DNA of 64,000 nucleotides from Candidatus Latescibacterota bacterium (GCA_965200315.1 OZ241362.1:1664001-1728000), one strand, 5' to 3'. Shown: positions 1 to 10,090, numbered from the stretch's first letter. The notes: generated from the sequence alone by a model not told the origin. Translations and numbers: made by a program.

Positions 1-1
1 C

Positions 2-2041
2 AGACCGGTCCCGATTCTGCTGGCACTGGCCTGCGGGCTTTCCGCCACTGGCGCCCAAGAGATGCGGTTTGGCCAAGGCGGCAACATCACCTGGCAAGGA
101 GCGGTCTCCGGGTTGGACGGCGTCGCCACCATCCAGCCCGAATTCCGCCCTTCCCTCACCCCGCACACCACCGCAATCGGCGTGGCTCCGGACGACCGGA
201 TCGATCTGGTGCATTCCGACTATCCCGACGCCATTCTGCCCATCCGGCTAGACGAAGGCGAGAACCTGTCCGCGAGCCTAGTCGCCGCAAGCGGCAGCAT
301 CGTCTCGGAAACGGCCGTGGAGATCAACAAAGACGAGCTGGCGGCGATCCTACAGGAGCTCCTTTCTCCCGAACCGACGGGCACGGCTTTCGAGCGCAAG
401 GGTACCAATATCCTCGGCACTCTGCTGACCGTGGACCTCGGGGCCATCGTCGGCGTCAACCGCATCCGCTTCTTTCCGCGCAACACCTTTCTCCCCGCGC
501 CGACCACGCCGTTCCAAAACGACTTTCTGCGAAACTTTGAATTGCGAATCCACGACGGCTTGCACCTGAACGAAGCCGGGTTGCCGGCCTTGGGGACTTG
601 GGAGTCCTTCCTGACCGTTCATGGCAGCACCGAGCCGGTGACGGTCGTGGAAATTGACCCGCCCCGCTACCTGCGCTTTGTCCGCCTGCGCGCCTCCTCG
701 TCCATACCCTTTGAGATTGAGAAGCTGCAAATTTTCGGCGAAGGCTTTTTCCCAGCCGCCCAGTATCTCTCGCCCATCGTCGATCTGGGCACCCCCAGCA
801 ACTGGGGCCAGATTCGCTGGACGCGGAACGTGCTAGGCGCGGAGCCCCTCACCGATCTCATCGTCCGCACCCGCACCGGCAGCGACGACACCCCCTTTGT
901 CTACAATCGCCGAGAGGTGGGCAACCCCAACGCCGAGGACATACCCTTCTCCATCGACAACCCAAGCGAACCTCTTTCCCGCGCCGAGTTCCTCGCCCTT
1001 CCCGTCAAGGGGACCGCCGCCGATCCCTACGAGCGCGGGTCTATACGGGACGATCTAGACCATTGGAGCCCGTGGTCGCCGCCCTACGCGGACGCGGACG
1101 GCTCCCGCAATATCTCCCCGGCACCCCGGACCTACATCCAGTTCCGGGTCGATTTCCTGAGCCGAGGGCTGCACTCGAGCCAGGTCCTCAACAGCGTCGC
1201 CTTGGAGTTCACTAGGCCGGCTCTGGCCGATGCCCTCATCGCCGAGGTCTTTCCGCGCACCGTGGAGGCCGCTCGAGCCATCGCCTTTGCGTATGCAGTG
1301 CGGGCCGAAATGGAGCGCACCGAACTTCAGGGCTTCAATGGTTTTGAACTATTCACGCAAGGACGGGTCGAGCGGATCACGCGCCTGGAGATCGTCTCCG
1401 CCGACGGCCAGCGCATCTTAGATCACACCTTTGAGACGCAGGACCGCGTCGCGGACGAGGGCCACGCAGCCATTACGTCCATCACCGATGCGGGGTTCGC
1501 GGTCCGCTTCCCCCGCATCGAAACCGACGGTACAATCCTCAAGATCCACTTCGTCAACCGCGTTTTGGCCTACAGTAGCGATTTCAGCGGGCGGGCACTG
1601 GTACAGGGAACCGATGCCTTTCAATGGGTGCAAGCCGGCAACGCGGCCGCGCTAGACGAGCGCGATGCCAGCTTCGATTCGGGCATCACCGTTTTGAGTC
1701 CGGCCGTGACCCGCAGCGGCCTGATCGGCAACTTCGCCCTTGACACCCCCGTTTTCACGCCCAACCGAGACGGCGTACGCGACGGCCTGCGGCTGCGCTT
1801 TGAGGTGCTCACGGTCGTGGGCGAAGCCGATATCGAGGTGGCCCTGTTCGATATTAGCGGCCGGCAACGAGCCACGATTTTCGCGCACCGAGGCGGCAAC
1901 GGCACCTACACCAGCCTCCACTGGGACGGCAGCAACGACCACGGCGAGCTGCTGCCTCCCGGGGTCTATCTCGTGCGGCTGGAGGTGGTCGGCGACGCCC
2001 GGTCCACCGCGGCCGTCCGCTCAGTGGGGATTGCGTATTAG
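2..2041 (+). CDS. Secreted protein, discoidin-like core + C-terminal TPNxDG/FlgD Ig-like domain (paralog 1; 5' end outside window)
   Basis: The frame is open from base 2 and encodes a signal-peptide-like RPVPILLALACGLSATGA-QE before the ORF-track Met at 62. Motifs: DLG..VNRIRFFPR, RTRTG, WSPWS, SPAPRTYIQF, FTPNRDG, WDGSNDHG..PPGVY, terminal GIAY. Confidence 0.75.
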   Translation, partial: RPVPILLALACGLSATGAQEMRFGQGGNITWQGAVSGLDGVATIQPEFRPSLTPHTTAIGVAPDDRIDLVHSDYPDAILPIRLDEGENLSASLVAASGSIVSETAVEINKDELAAILQELLSPEPTGTAFERKGTNILGTLLTVDLGAIVGVNRIRFFPRNTFLPAPTTPFQNDFLRNFELRIHDGLHLNEAGLPALGTWESFLTVHGSTEPVTVVEIDPPRYLRFVRLRASSSIPFEIEKLQIFGEGFFPAAQYLSPIVDLGTPSNWGQIRWTRNVLGAEPLTDLIVRTRTGSDDTPFVYNRREVGNPNAEDIPFSIDNPSEPLSRAEFLALPVKGTAADPYERGSIRDDLDHWSPWSPPYADADGSRNISPAPRTYIQFRVDFLSRGLHSSQVLNSVALEFTRPALADALIAEVFPRTVEAARAIAFAYAVRAEMERTELQGFNGFELFTQGRVERITRLEIVSADGQRILDHTFETQDRVADEGHAAITSITDAGFAVRFPRIETDGTILKIHFVNRVLAYSSDFSGRALVQGTDAFQWVQAGNAAALDERDASFDSGITVLSPAVTRSGLIGNFALDTPVFTPNRDGVRDGLRLRFEVLTVVGEADIEVALFDISGRQRATIFAHRGGNGTYTSLHWDGSNDHGELLPPGVYLVRLEVVGDARSTAAVRSVGIAY

Positions 2042-2050
2042 CAGGCTCTT

Positions 2051-4774
2051 ATGGAGCATTCCACAAAAAAACGAGGCCCGGGCAGAAGGTCGCGGGCGAT
2101 ATTGCGAGTCGCTTGTATCTTGCTCGCGGCAGGGACGGCGGATGGTCAGATCGACTACGGCGGTCGCCTCGGCGAGGTGCAGGCCGGCCGCCGGAGCTTT
2201 GTACCGCATGGGCCCACGACCCTGATGGAGGCCATTGATCCGGCCGTGCGAAAATGGTACGTGCCGCAGGAGCTGTACTCCCAGTCCGGGTTATGGCAGT
2301 GGGAGACCACCAACTACGCCCGCGAGCCGTACCTGGGCTATGTCAACAACACCCTCGAAGGCGACTTCTTCTACGATCTTTACGGCAATCTGCTCACGCA
2401 GGGATGGCTGCTGTACAACACCAACCAGACGAACCCGGTGGAGCGCGGACACGTCGTGTTTGAATCTCGCAACCTGAGCGACTGGTTCTCCAACATCGCC
2501 ATTGCATCCGAGGAGAAGGGCCAGTATCGCTACGCCCTGACCGTCGGCCGCGATCTGCGCACGACCCTGACCCCGATGGTCTTTTCAAAACCGAGGTTCA
2601 ACGGGGTGCAGCTCGATCTCGCCACCGACAAGTACCAGGGCACCATCATCTATTCACAGGGCGGCATCGGCGGCCCGTCGGACGTGCGGCCCCGCACCGA
2701 CGTCACCACGATCATGGGCGGCCGCTTTGTGACTCAGGTGGGCGATTTCGTGGAAGTGGGGTTCCACCTGGCCAACGCACATCAGTCCAACAGCCTGAAC
2801 GACCGGCTGATGGACAACCTGCTCTCCGGCTCGCTACCGGAATCCAAGAACGAGCTGGTTTCCACCGTCGAGATCGTCCTGCGCGACGACTCGCCCGAAG
2901 ACCTAGCGAGCGGCGCGTCATACTTTCCAGCCGGATCCGATATCGTCATCACCTATCTCGACGGCACCAAAGATGTCGGCCAGGATATTCGCTTCGCGCC
3001 CGTGGTGCAGGGTGGCATTCCCGGCAGGGGTTTTCTCACCGCCATCGGCAACGACGAGATCCGCCTGACATACGATTTCACCGATCCCTCGTTTGTCGCC
3101 CGGGCCCGGGCGGACCGCAGCGAAATTGTCAAGGTCGAATTTCGCCTGACCCTGGCCAACGACTACCAGATATGGATGACCTCGGATCAGCAGACCAGCC
3201 GCCGCGGCGAGCCCGTGTTGCTGATCGTGGAGCGGGCGGAAGGCAATGTCAGCGACGGCTCCAACCTGCGCGTCGTGCAGTTCGAGTACGGTCTGCCCAC
3301 CGCCACTCACCTGATCGGCAGCAGCCTGAAGGTGAACGACGTGTGGGGCTTTGACCTCTACGGCGAATACGACCTGGGGTGGAGCTACCGCAAATACCCC
3401 AATCCGCTGGCCGAGAGCCACGAGGTCTCGTCCGGCGTCCGCGGCCAGCGCGCCCGGCCGGCCTATATGTTAAACCTGAGCAAGCAGGCCCATCCGTTGT
3501 TCTTCTTCGGCGAGGTCTACGCCGTCGACCCCCTGTACAATACCCAGACCTTTGTCACAGATGCAGACGGCACCATGTTCTACGATGAGGACCGGTTGAA
3601 GCTGGAGCTGGTAGACGACAACGACGATCAGGACCGCCTCCCCGACTTATTCCGCCTCGACACCGTAGCCCAAGGCACGGCCGATCCCTTTGCCGCAGAA
3701 TTGGGTGCTGTCGATTTCCGCGTTTTTCCCGGCTGGGATCGCAACAACGATTTCATCCCCGACTTCAACCAAAACGACAATCGGGCCCAACCCAATACCA
3801 TTCCCGACTACGAGGAGCCGTTTTTGCGGTTCGGCACCGACCGCCCCGAATTTCTGCTCGGAGTCGACATGAACCACAACTACTGGGTCGATCGCTTTGA
3901 GAACGACGAGGAGCCAGACTACCCCTACCGCCGAGATCGCCGGGGCTTCAACCTGTTCGGGGGAGTCCATCTGGCCCGGGATCTAGCGGTCAAAGTCGGC
4001 GCACTCCGCGAGGCATCAATAGCGTCCGCCCAGCGCAATCACAGCGACTACGCCGTGCTGGAATGGGATCGGACCTCGCCGCGGTGGGGGCGGTTGCGCC
4101 TCTTTCAAATGTTGGAATGGGTCCGCGACGACCTCGCCGATCCGCTGCTGCAATGGGCACCCAACAATTCCCTGGCCGGCGGACGGGTCGTGCGCTTGGC
4201 CGATCCGCTGCTGGCCCGGGACGCTTCGATCAACCGTTCCTTTGTCGGCCACCACTGGCAGGCGGGGCCTTGGCTGGTGCAGAGCAAGTTGAGTTTTCTC
4301 CGCTTTGCCCAGCGGCTAGACGAACAGGAAAGGCTGCGCTACGGGCTCGACGAGTCCGACTTCTTCTGCGGCCTCATCAACAAGGCCGCCTACCGCTATC
4401 GCTTGGGGCCAGTGGAACTCGTGCCGCGGTGGAAGAGCGAATACATAAACCAGAGTCGCAGTCTGTTCAGCGACGAGGAACGCACCACATTGACCGAGTT
4501 GTTTTCCGGCTTGGCGATCGTGCCGCTCTTGTCCGCCACCACCTTGCAAGGAGGGGTCGAATACCTTCTTTCTTGGGACTTGGACGGCCGGGCAGCCGAT
4601 TTCACCACCATGTCTTACGGCTTGCAGCTTACCAGCACCTCGGCCTATCAGGGCTACGAGGTGTGGCTCGTCACGCGGTTTGTGGTGGAGCGCAAAGATC
4701 CGCGCGGGGAGGATGCCTTCACCAGGGTGCAATCGTTCATCAGCATATACGCTGGACTGGAAAAGGCGCAATGA
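2051..4774 (+). CDS. Large exported protein, predicted outer-membrane beta-barrel with Asp-rich (putative Ca-binding) loop
   Basis: 907 aa with an N-terminal basic + hydrophobic signal peptide. Many amphipathic beta-strands in the C-terminal third. Central DDNDDQDRLPD / DRNNDFIPD / DMNHNYWVD segments. Confidence 0.6.
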   Translation: MEHSTKKRGPGRRSRAILRVACILLAAGTADGQIDYGGRLGEVQAGRRSFVPHGPTTLMEAIDPAVRKWYVPQELYSQSGLWQWETTNYAREPYLGYVNNTLEGDFFYDLYGNLLTQGWLLYNTNQTNPVERGHVVFESRNLSDWFSNIAIASEEKGQYRYALTVGRDLRTTLTPMVFSKPRFNGVQLDLATDKYQGTIIYSQGGIGGPSDVRPRTDVTTIMGGRFVTQVGDFVEVGFHLANAHQSNSLNDRLMDNLLSGSLPESKNELVSTVEIVLRDDSPEDLASGASYFPAGSDIVITYLDGTKDVGQDIRFAPVVQGGIPGRGFLTAIGNDEIRLTYDFTDPSFVARARADRSEIVKVEFRLTLANDYQIWMTSDQQTSRRGEPVLLIVERAEGNVSDGSNLRVVQFEYGLPTATHLIGSSLKVNDVWGFDLYGEYDLGWSYRKYPNPLAESHEVSSGVRGQRARPAYMLNLSKQAHPLFFFGEVYAVDPLYNTQTFVTDADGTMFYDEDRLKLELVDDNDDQDRLPDLFRLDTVAQGTADPFAAELGAVDFRVFPGWDRNNDFIPDFNQNDNRAQPNTIPDYEEPFLRFGTDRPEFLLGVDMNHNYWVDRFENDEEPDYPYRRDRRGFNLFGGVHLARDLAVKVGALREASIASAQRNHSDYAVLEWDRTSPRWGRLRLFQMLEWVRDDLADPLLQWAPNNSLAGGRVVRLADPLLARDASINRSFVGHHWQAGPWLVQSKLSFLRFAQRLDEQERLRYGLDESDFFCGLINKAAYRYRLGPVELVPRWKSEYINQSRSLFSDEERTTLTELFSGLAIVPLLSATTLQGGVEYLLSWDLDGRAADFTTMSYGLQLTSTSAYQGYEVWLVTRFVVERKDPRGEDAFTRVQSFISIYAGLEKAQ

Positions 4775-7700
4775 CTCGCATTCTCAAGACCCTGTTGCTG
4801 ATCGGCAGCCCACTGTGGGCGCAGCAGGGCTACGACCTGCGCAACGATCAGATCGTCGTCGACCAAGCGCGGCACTGGAAGGCGTGGACCATGCCCGGCC
4901 ACCTCGTCCGCGTCGAGCGGGATGGCGCGGTGCAGGCGCGGGACTTTCGCACGGTCTATGAGCTGCTGGCCGACCGGTCCTTTGGTCGGCCGGTGATCCT
5001 CACCCGCGCCGCGCCGCGCATCGCCAACATGGACAGCACCCTCAAACTGGATTTCCAAGGCAATTCGGTTGCGGACCTAAGCGGCAATCTCGTCTACGAC
5101 TACCTAGTCCGCCCTGGGGTGAGCCGCGCCGGGTCCAATCCCCACCTGATGCAGCATATCGCCGACGGGGATCCGGCCACCTTCTGGGAACCCGACCTCG
5201 ACGCCCCACCCGAAGACTGGTGGGTCGAAGTGGACTTGGGCCGTCCAGTGCCCCTAGAGAGAGTTCGGCTGTCCTTTGCCGAGGAGGCACTGGGGGATCC
5301 CTTTTATCGGTTCATCCTCCTCCTCGGGCCGGCCCAAGGGAACTACGCGGATGAGACGCCCGGCAACATGGAGACCTTCATTCCCTTTGAAGGGGTGAAC
5401 ACAGACCAGCGCACCTTTGTCTTCGACGCGGAACGGGTCAGCGACGACCTGCCCGCAGACGACCGGGTTGCACCCAACAGACGCCTGCCTGTCACGGACA
5501 GCAACAAGCGCTCCAGCGCGTACTACGGAGTGGCCGAGCCGAGTCCAGAGTGGAGCGGCAAGCTGGTCGAAATCATCCGCATCGTGGTCACGGACACCCG
5601 CGGGGGCCGAGCCGAGCCGCTCAGCGAGGAGCAATGGCAGGCCCTGCCGGCGGCTGAGCGCGGCGACATCGTCTACTTCCTCAAGGACGGAGACTTTGAG
5701 GAGCCCGTGGATGAAGACACCTATTTCGCCCTCCCTACAGACCGGCAGGGAAGGCGGGTCCACTATCGCCGCGAGTTGCCGCGCCTCGCCGAGGTAGAGG
5801 CCTGGGGGCGGGGGGACGAAATCGGGATTGAGATGCTGGCCGGCAGCGGCACGGTGGAGCAGACTTCAACCGGCGGCGCTCCTGCTGCCATGTTCGATGG
5901 AAGCTATGGCAGTGCCAATCAGCTCAGTACTTACCTCATCTCCGCTCCCGGGCAGAATACCCTGACCATCGACATCGGCGGCACCGTTTGGCTGAAAGAG
6001 ATTCGCACCATCAGCCAGAACCCGCCGCGGGGCTACCTCTTGCGCGGCTCAAACGGCAATAGGGACGCGCAGGGAAACCTCCAGTGGGAGCAACTCTCCG
6101 CAGTCGAGCGCGAGACCAACCTCGACAACGGCTATTTCCGCCTCATCGCCGATGTACTGGCACCGGCCCGCCGCGTCCGCTTCCTCGATATGATCGCCTT
6201 TGCCCTGCAAGAGGACAGCACTGAACTCACCAGCCGCGTCTGGCCGCGGATTCGGCTGATGTGGATTTTCTCGGCCGGCCCGCCGGCCGAAGCGGTACTG
6301 GAATCAGACCTGATCGAGCTGCCTGGGGTGGTCACCCTCGGCGCGGTGCATTGGAAGGCCACAGCACCCCCCGGATCCGAGGTGCAGATCCGCACCCGCA
6401 CCGGCGACCAGCTCGTGGAGCGCATCCGCTACTTCGACAAGACCGGCAACGAAAAGACCAAGTCCCAGCACAAAAGGCTGTCCTTTACCCAGAAAGGCCC
6501 TATCGACACCTCCAACGTGGCCGGGCCGGGCTGGAGTGCTTGGAGCAGGAAGTACGAGCGTTCCGGCGATCCGGCCACCTCGCCGGGGCTGCGCCGCTTC
6601 CTAAAGATCCAGGTGCGCCTCGTCAATCACGACCGCCAGGCAGTGCCGGCCATTGAACAGATCCGCGTCGATTTGCAGACGCCGGTGGCCCAGCGACTGG
6701 GCGCCGAGGTCTGGCCCGAGCGGGCGACCGCCGGCCGTCTCGACACCTTTGAGGTCTTTGTGCAGCCCAGTTTCCTCGAGCAGCCCTCCAACAGCCACAG
6801 CCCGGGTTTTGACGAGGTCCTCGTCCGGGCCGATCCCCCGATTGATCTTCGCGTGCTAGACCTAGCGGTCGGCACCGAGCGCGAACTGTCTCGGAGCGAG
6901 CCTGCCCAGCTCTTTGAGCGACCCCACGCCCAAGGACTCGGGGATGCCGATGGCCAAGTCCTTCAGGTGCTCAGCGAGGGAGATTCGCTCTGGTTGCGCC
7001 TGCCCGGACCGATACAGAGCGTCCCCGAGGGCTTGCTCCCCCGCCTCTACTACCGCCAGCTCAACCCCGGCGACGAAGTACCCACCGGCCTCTACGGCCG
7101 GCTGCTGACCGCAAACAGCTACAACCGGCTACCCGAAAACGAGCGGGGCACCATTCGCCATTTCCGCCGCGATGGCACCGGGCTGGAGGAAGTAGCCCGC
7201 AACACCTACCAGAGCTTACCCGAAGAAGAGAAAGGCCCGGTGCGCTACTTCCGAGTCGTGACGAGCCTGGGGGAACAGACGGTGTTCACCGCGCTCGGGG
7301 ACTCCCTGAGCGATAGCCAGTACGCCCGGTTGAACGCCGACGAGCGCGGCCGGGTGGTTGGCCCTGGGCGGCTATTGCGCCTGCGCTTGTACTCGGCCGT
7401 ATATCTGCCGAGCACCCAGCTAGAGGTGGCCGTGCGCCACAGCAGTCTGGCGGCACTCTGGCAGGGCGCTGCGGGCCAAGATGTCACCACCCTGCGACCG
7501 GCCCGCTCCTTGGCCATCCAAGCTGGGGAAACAGGCGATGTCGTCACCGACCTCTCCATCGCCCCTAATCCCTTTACGCCCAACGGCGACCGGGTCAACG
7601 AAGAGGCCCAGATCCGTTTCTCCCTGTTCTCAGTGGCGGCCTCGCGCGCGGTCGCAGTGCAGATCTACGCCCTAAGCGGCGATCCCGTCCGCCGCCTAGC

Positions 7701-7860
7701 GCACCAGTTGGTGGGCGGTCCACACGTTGTCGCTTGGGACGGCCGCGACGATAGCGGGGCCTTAGTGGCCCCCGGTCTCTACCTCTGCCAAGTCGGCGTA
7801 GCGGCCGATGCCGAGGCTGGAAGGCGGAAACGCACACGCGTGATCGCCGTAGCGTATTGA
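4771..7860 (+). CDS. Secreted protein, tandem discoidin-like domains + C-terminal TPNGD/FlgD Ig-like domain (paralog 2)
   Basis: True start is ATG 4771 (ATGA overlap with the upstream stop), giving signal peptide MTRILKTLLLIGSPLWA. Motifs: DGDPATFW..WVEVDLG, RTRTG, WSAWS, FTPNGD, WDGRDDSG..PGLY, terminal AVAY. Confidence 0.78.
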   Translation: MTRILKTLLLIGSPLWAQQGYDLRNDQIVVDQARHWKAWTMPGHLVRVERDGAVQARDFRTVYELLADRSFGRPVILTRAAPRIANMDSTLKLDFQGNSVADLSGNLVYDYLVRPGVSRAGSNPHLMQHIADGDPATFWEPDLDAPPEDWWVEVDLGRPVPLERVRLSFAEEALGDPFYRFILLLGPAQGNYADETPGNMETFIPFEGVNTDQRTFVFDAERVSDDLPADDRVAPNRRLPVTDSNKRSSAYYGVAEPSPEWSGKLVEIIRIVVTDTRGGRAEPLSEEQWQALPAAERGDIVYFLKDGDFEEPVDEDTYFALPTDRQGRRVHYRRELPRLAEVEAWGRGDEIGIEMLAGSGTVEQTSTGGAPAAMFDGSYGSANQLSTYLISAPGQNTLTIDIGGTVWLKEIRTISQNPPRGYLLRGSNGNRDAQGNLQWEQLSAVERETNLDNGYFRLIADVLAPARRVRFLDMIAFALQEDSTELTSRVWPRIRLMWIFSAGPPAEAVLESDLIELPGVVTLGAVHWKATAPPGSEVQIRTRTGDQLVERIRYFDKTGNEKTKSQHKRLSFTQKGPIDTSNVAGPGWSAWSRKYERSGDPATSPGLRRFLKIQVRLVNHDRQAVPAIEQIRVDLQTPVAQRLGAEVWPERATAGRLDTFEVFVQPSFLEQPSNSHSPGFDEVLVRADPPIDLRVLDLAVGTERELSRSEPAQLFERPHAQGLGDADGQVLQVLSEGDSLWLRLPGPIQSVPEGLLPRLYYRQLNPGDEVPTGLYGRLLTANSYNRLPENERGTIRHFRRDGTGLEEVARNTYQSLPEEEKGPVRYFRVVTSLGEQTVFTALGDSLSDSQYARLNADERGRVVGPGRLLRLRLYSAVYLPSTQLEVAVRHSSLAALWQGAAGQDVTTLRPARSLAIQAGETGDVVTDLSIAPNPFTPNGDRVNEEAQIRFSLFSVAASRAVAVQIYALSGDPVRRLAHQLVGGPHVVAWDGRDDSGALVAPGLYLCQVGVAADAEAGRRKRTRVIAVAY

Positions 7861-7866
7861 GGACTG

Positions 7867-10044
7867 GTGAAAACTATGCTCGCCCATAGCGGATTTGCGG
7901 GTGCCCTGCTGCTGGCTCTGGCCAGCACCCTAAGTGCTCGCGCCGAATTTCATATGGGATCCGGACCGAATTCTTGGGAACGCTTTGTCGTCCCGGACGA
8001 GGGCGAGGCCGCCGGGACCTATGTGGTCGTAGATGCGGCCGGCAATGTGCTCCAGGAGCATCCGGTGCACTCCGTCGAGGAGCTGGGGGGCGGGACCTTC
8101 TTGGCCGAGTACAACTATCGCGGACCCGACCTGCCCGCTCTCGAAGCCGGTGCGCTCCAGGCAATCCGGGTCGACCCGCTAGTGAATCTGTCCCGCGACA
8201 GCCTCCTGTTCGCCCGCGGCGGCAGCATTTTTCACGGTCACAACACCTCTGCCCACCCGACCGAGGATCTGCTACGGCTCATCGACGGGGACCCCACCAC
8301 CACCCGCCTGATCCTGATTGAACAAAATCCGCTAGAAGTTGTGCCATTGATCCGCGGCGGCGTATTCTGGGGGGGCCATGCCTCGGCCGTCATCGTCAAC
8401 CTCGGAGCGGAAATGCCCATCAACCGCGTCCGCGTCTATCCGCGCCTAGGCCGCCTAGACGACGCGGCCGCTATCGCTGCGATGGACGCGCCAAAGCCAG
8501 ACCCAGCGCGGTTCGGGGAGACCAGCTTTGCCGACAACTATCTCGAGTGGTACGAAATTGCGGTGACCGATAATGCCGCTCCCATCGAAGAGCGACCCGG
8601 CGGGGGCGGCAGCGACCGGCCGGGGCAGGTGCAGTTCAAGCGTTTCTCCGAAACCACCGGCTACGTGGATTCGTCGGCCACGGACCCCAATTTCAAGGCC
8701 CTGATCCAGACCCGGGAGAACCTAGACCCGGTGATCGATTTGCGATTCCCCGTCCGCCACGAGCGATTCGTTTCGGTGCGGCCCTATATTCCCGAGCGAA
8801 CCTGGGAGATGGCCGAAATCGAGATTTACGGCGAGGGGTATGTGCGCCGCTCGGTCTACCGCTCGCAGATACTGGATTTTGGCCAGCCCATGGCCTGGAG
8901 CAAGATTCGTTGGACCGGAAACCGGCCCCTCGGCACCCAGATAGAGATACGCACTCGCACCGGGAATACCCCGCAGCCTGACCTCTTCCTGCGGCGCACG
9001 TTGAGCGGAAAGTTCCAGCCGATCGACTTCGTCGCGTACCAGCAGAATCTCACGTCGGACGAAGTCAAACGTACTACAGACCTAGATAACTGGAGCTTCT
9101 GGTCCGCCACCTACGATTTCGCGGCCGGCGAACGCGTCGCCGGCTCACCTGCTGCTACTTGGACGGACGGCACCCCGTTGCTCTCTCCCGGCCCGAGCCG
9201 GTACATTCAGTTCGAGATCGTCCTGCTGGCGACCCGTGAGCAGACGCCGCGCCTAGACGAATTGTCACTGCTGTTTTCCGAGACCCTCGCCGCAACCGAA
9301 CTCATCGGCGAAATCTGGCCCATCGAGGTAGATAGTTTTGAGCCTCATCTCTTCACTTATGTGGTCAAGCCCATCCTCCGCGAGGGCAATCGCGGCTTCG
9401 ACCGCCTAGAGATATTCACCGGCGGACCGGCCGCCGAGGTCCGAGCGGTGCGCGTGGGCGGAGAAGAAATCGCCGAGCGGTTCCCGCCCGAAATTCAGCC
9501 GGATCGCATCGTCGTCTCCTTCAGCCGGCTGGCAGATCCCCAGCAGGACAGCGAGAAGCGGATCGAAGTGGAGTTCAGTGCCCGGGTGCTGCGTTTCGGC
9601 ACCGAATTCAGCGGTTGGGTCTACGACAGCCGGGAGCCGGACCTGAAGCAGAGCATCAGCCCCGGAAACGCCACAATCCGTTTTGTCGGGGACGACCTCT
9701 CCGTCCGCACCCCCACCGGCGGCGACCTAGTGCAACGGCTCGAGCTCCGCCCCGGCGTCTTCACGCCCAACGGGGACGGGCTCAACGACGAGGTTTTCGT
9801 CTCCTTCGACCTGCGCGATTTGACTGCGGCGCGCCCGGTTGAGGTGCAGATATGGACGCTGGGCGGGCACCGGGTGCGGCAACTGCCCCCGGCCGCAATG
9901 GCCAGCGGCAACTTTACCCACCGCTGGAACGGCCGCGACGACGCCGGCCGCTTGGCACAGCCCGGGATCTATGTAGTGCAGGTCGAGTTGGACAGCGACG
10001 ACGGGCGAAAAACGGCCATCGGCGTCGTCTCCGTCGCCTATTAA
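7867..10044 (+). CDS. Secreted protein, discoidin-like core + C-terminal TPNGDG/FlgD Ig-like domain (paralog 3)
   Basis: GTG start after GAGG; signal peptide. Motifs: IDGDPTT, NLG..INRVRVYPR, RTRTG, WSFWS, SPGPSRYIQF, FTPNGDGLND, WNGRDDAG..PGIY, terminal SVAY. Confidence 0.78.
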   Translation: MKTMLAHSGFAGALLLALASTLSARAEFHMGSGPNSWERFVVPDEGEAAGTYVVVDAAGNVLQEHPVHSVEELGGGTFLAEYNYRGPDLPALEAGALQAIRVDPLVNLSRDSLLFARGGSIFHGHNTSAHPTEDLLRLIDGDPTTTRLILIEQNPLEVVPLIRGGVFWGGHASAVIVNLGAEMPINRVRVYPRLGRLDDAAAIAAMDAPKPDPARFGETSFADNYLEWYEIAVTDNAAPIEERPGGGGSDRPGQVQFKRFSETTGYVDSSATDPNFKALIQTRENLDPVIDLRFPVRHERFVSVRPYIPERTWEMAEIEIYGEGYVRRSVYRSQILDFGQPMAWSKIRWTGNRPLGTQIEIRTRTGNTPQPDLFLRRTLSGKFQPIDFVAYQQNLTSDEVKRTTDLDNWSFWSATYDFAAGERVAGSPAATWTDGTPLLSPGPSRYIQFEIVLLATREQTPRLDELSLLFSETLAATELIGEIWPIEVDSFEPHLFTYVVKPILREGNRGFDRLEIFTGGPAAEVRAVRVGGEEIAERFPPEIQPDRIVVSFSRLADPQQDSEKRIEVEFSARVLRFGTEFSGWVYDSREPDLKQSISPGNATIRFVGDDLSVRTPTGGDLVQRLELRPGVFTPNGDGLNDEVFVSFDLRDLTAARPVEVQIWTLGGHRVRQLPPAAMASGNFTHRWNGRDDAGRLAQPGIYVVQVELDSDDGRKTAIGVVSVAY

Positions 10045-10061
10045 GCGCAGCAAAATTTTAG

Positions 10062-10090
10062 TTGTATTGCACAAATTTAGTTCGTATCTT
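10062..10090 (+). promoter_or_regulatory. Putative sigma70 promoter for the 10167 gene
   Basis: TTGTAT-17 bp-TATCTT in an AT-rich intergenic region; strong RBS TAAGGAGAGG precedes ATG 10167. Confidence 0.4.

Noticed and set aside
4063-4770. 236-codon N-terminal extension of the 1265-aa ORF overlapping the barrel gene
   Set aside because: The extension is an Arg/Pro/Gly-rich off-frame translation; the real signal peptide begins at ATG 4771, which overlaps the upstream stop.
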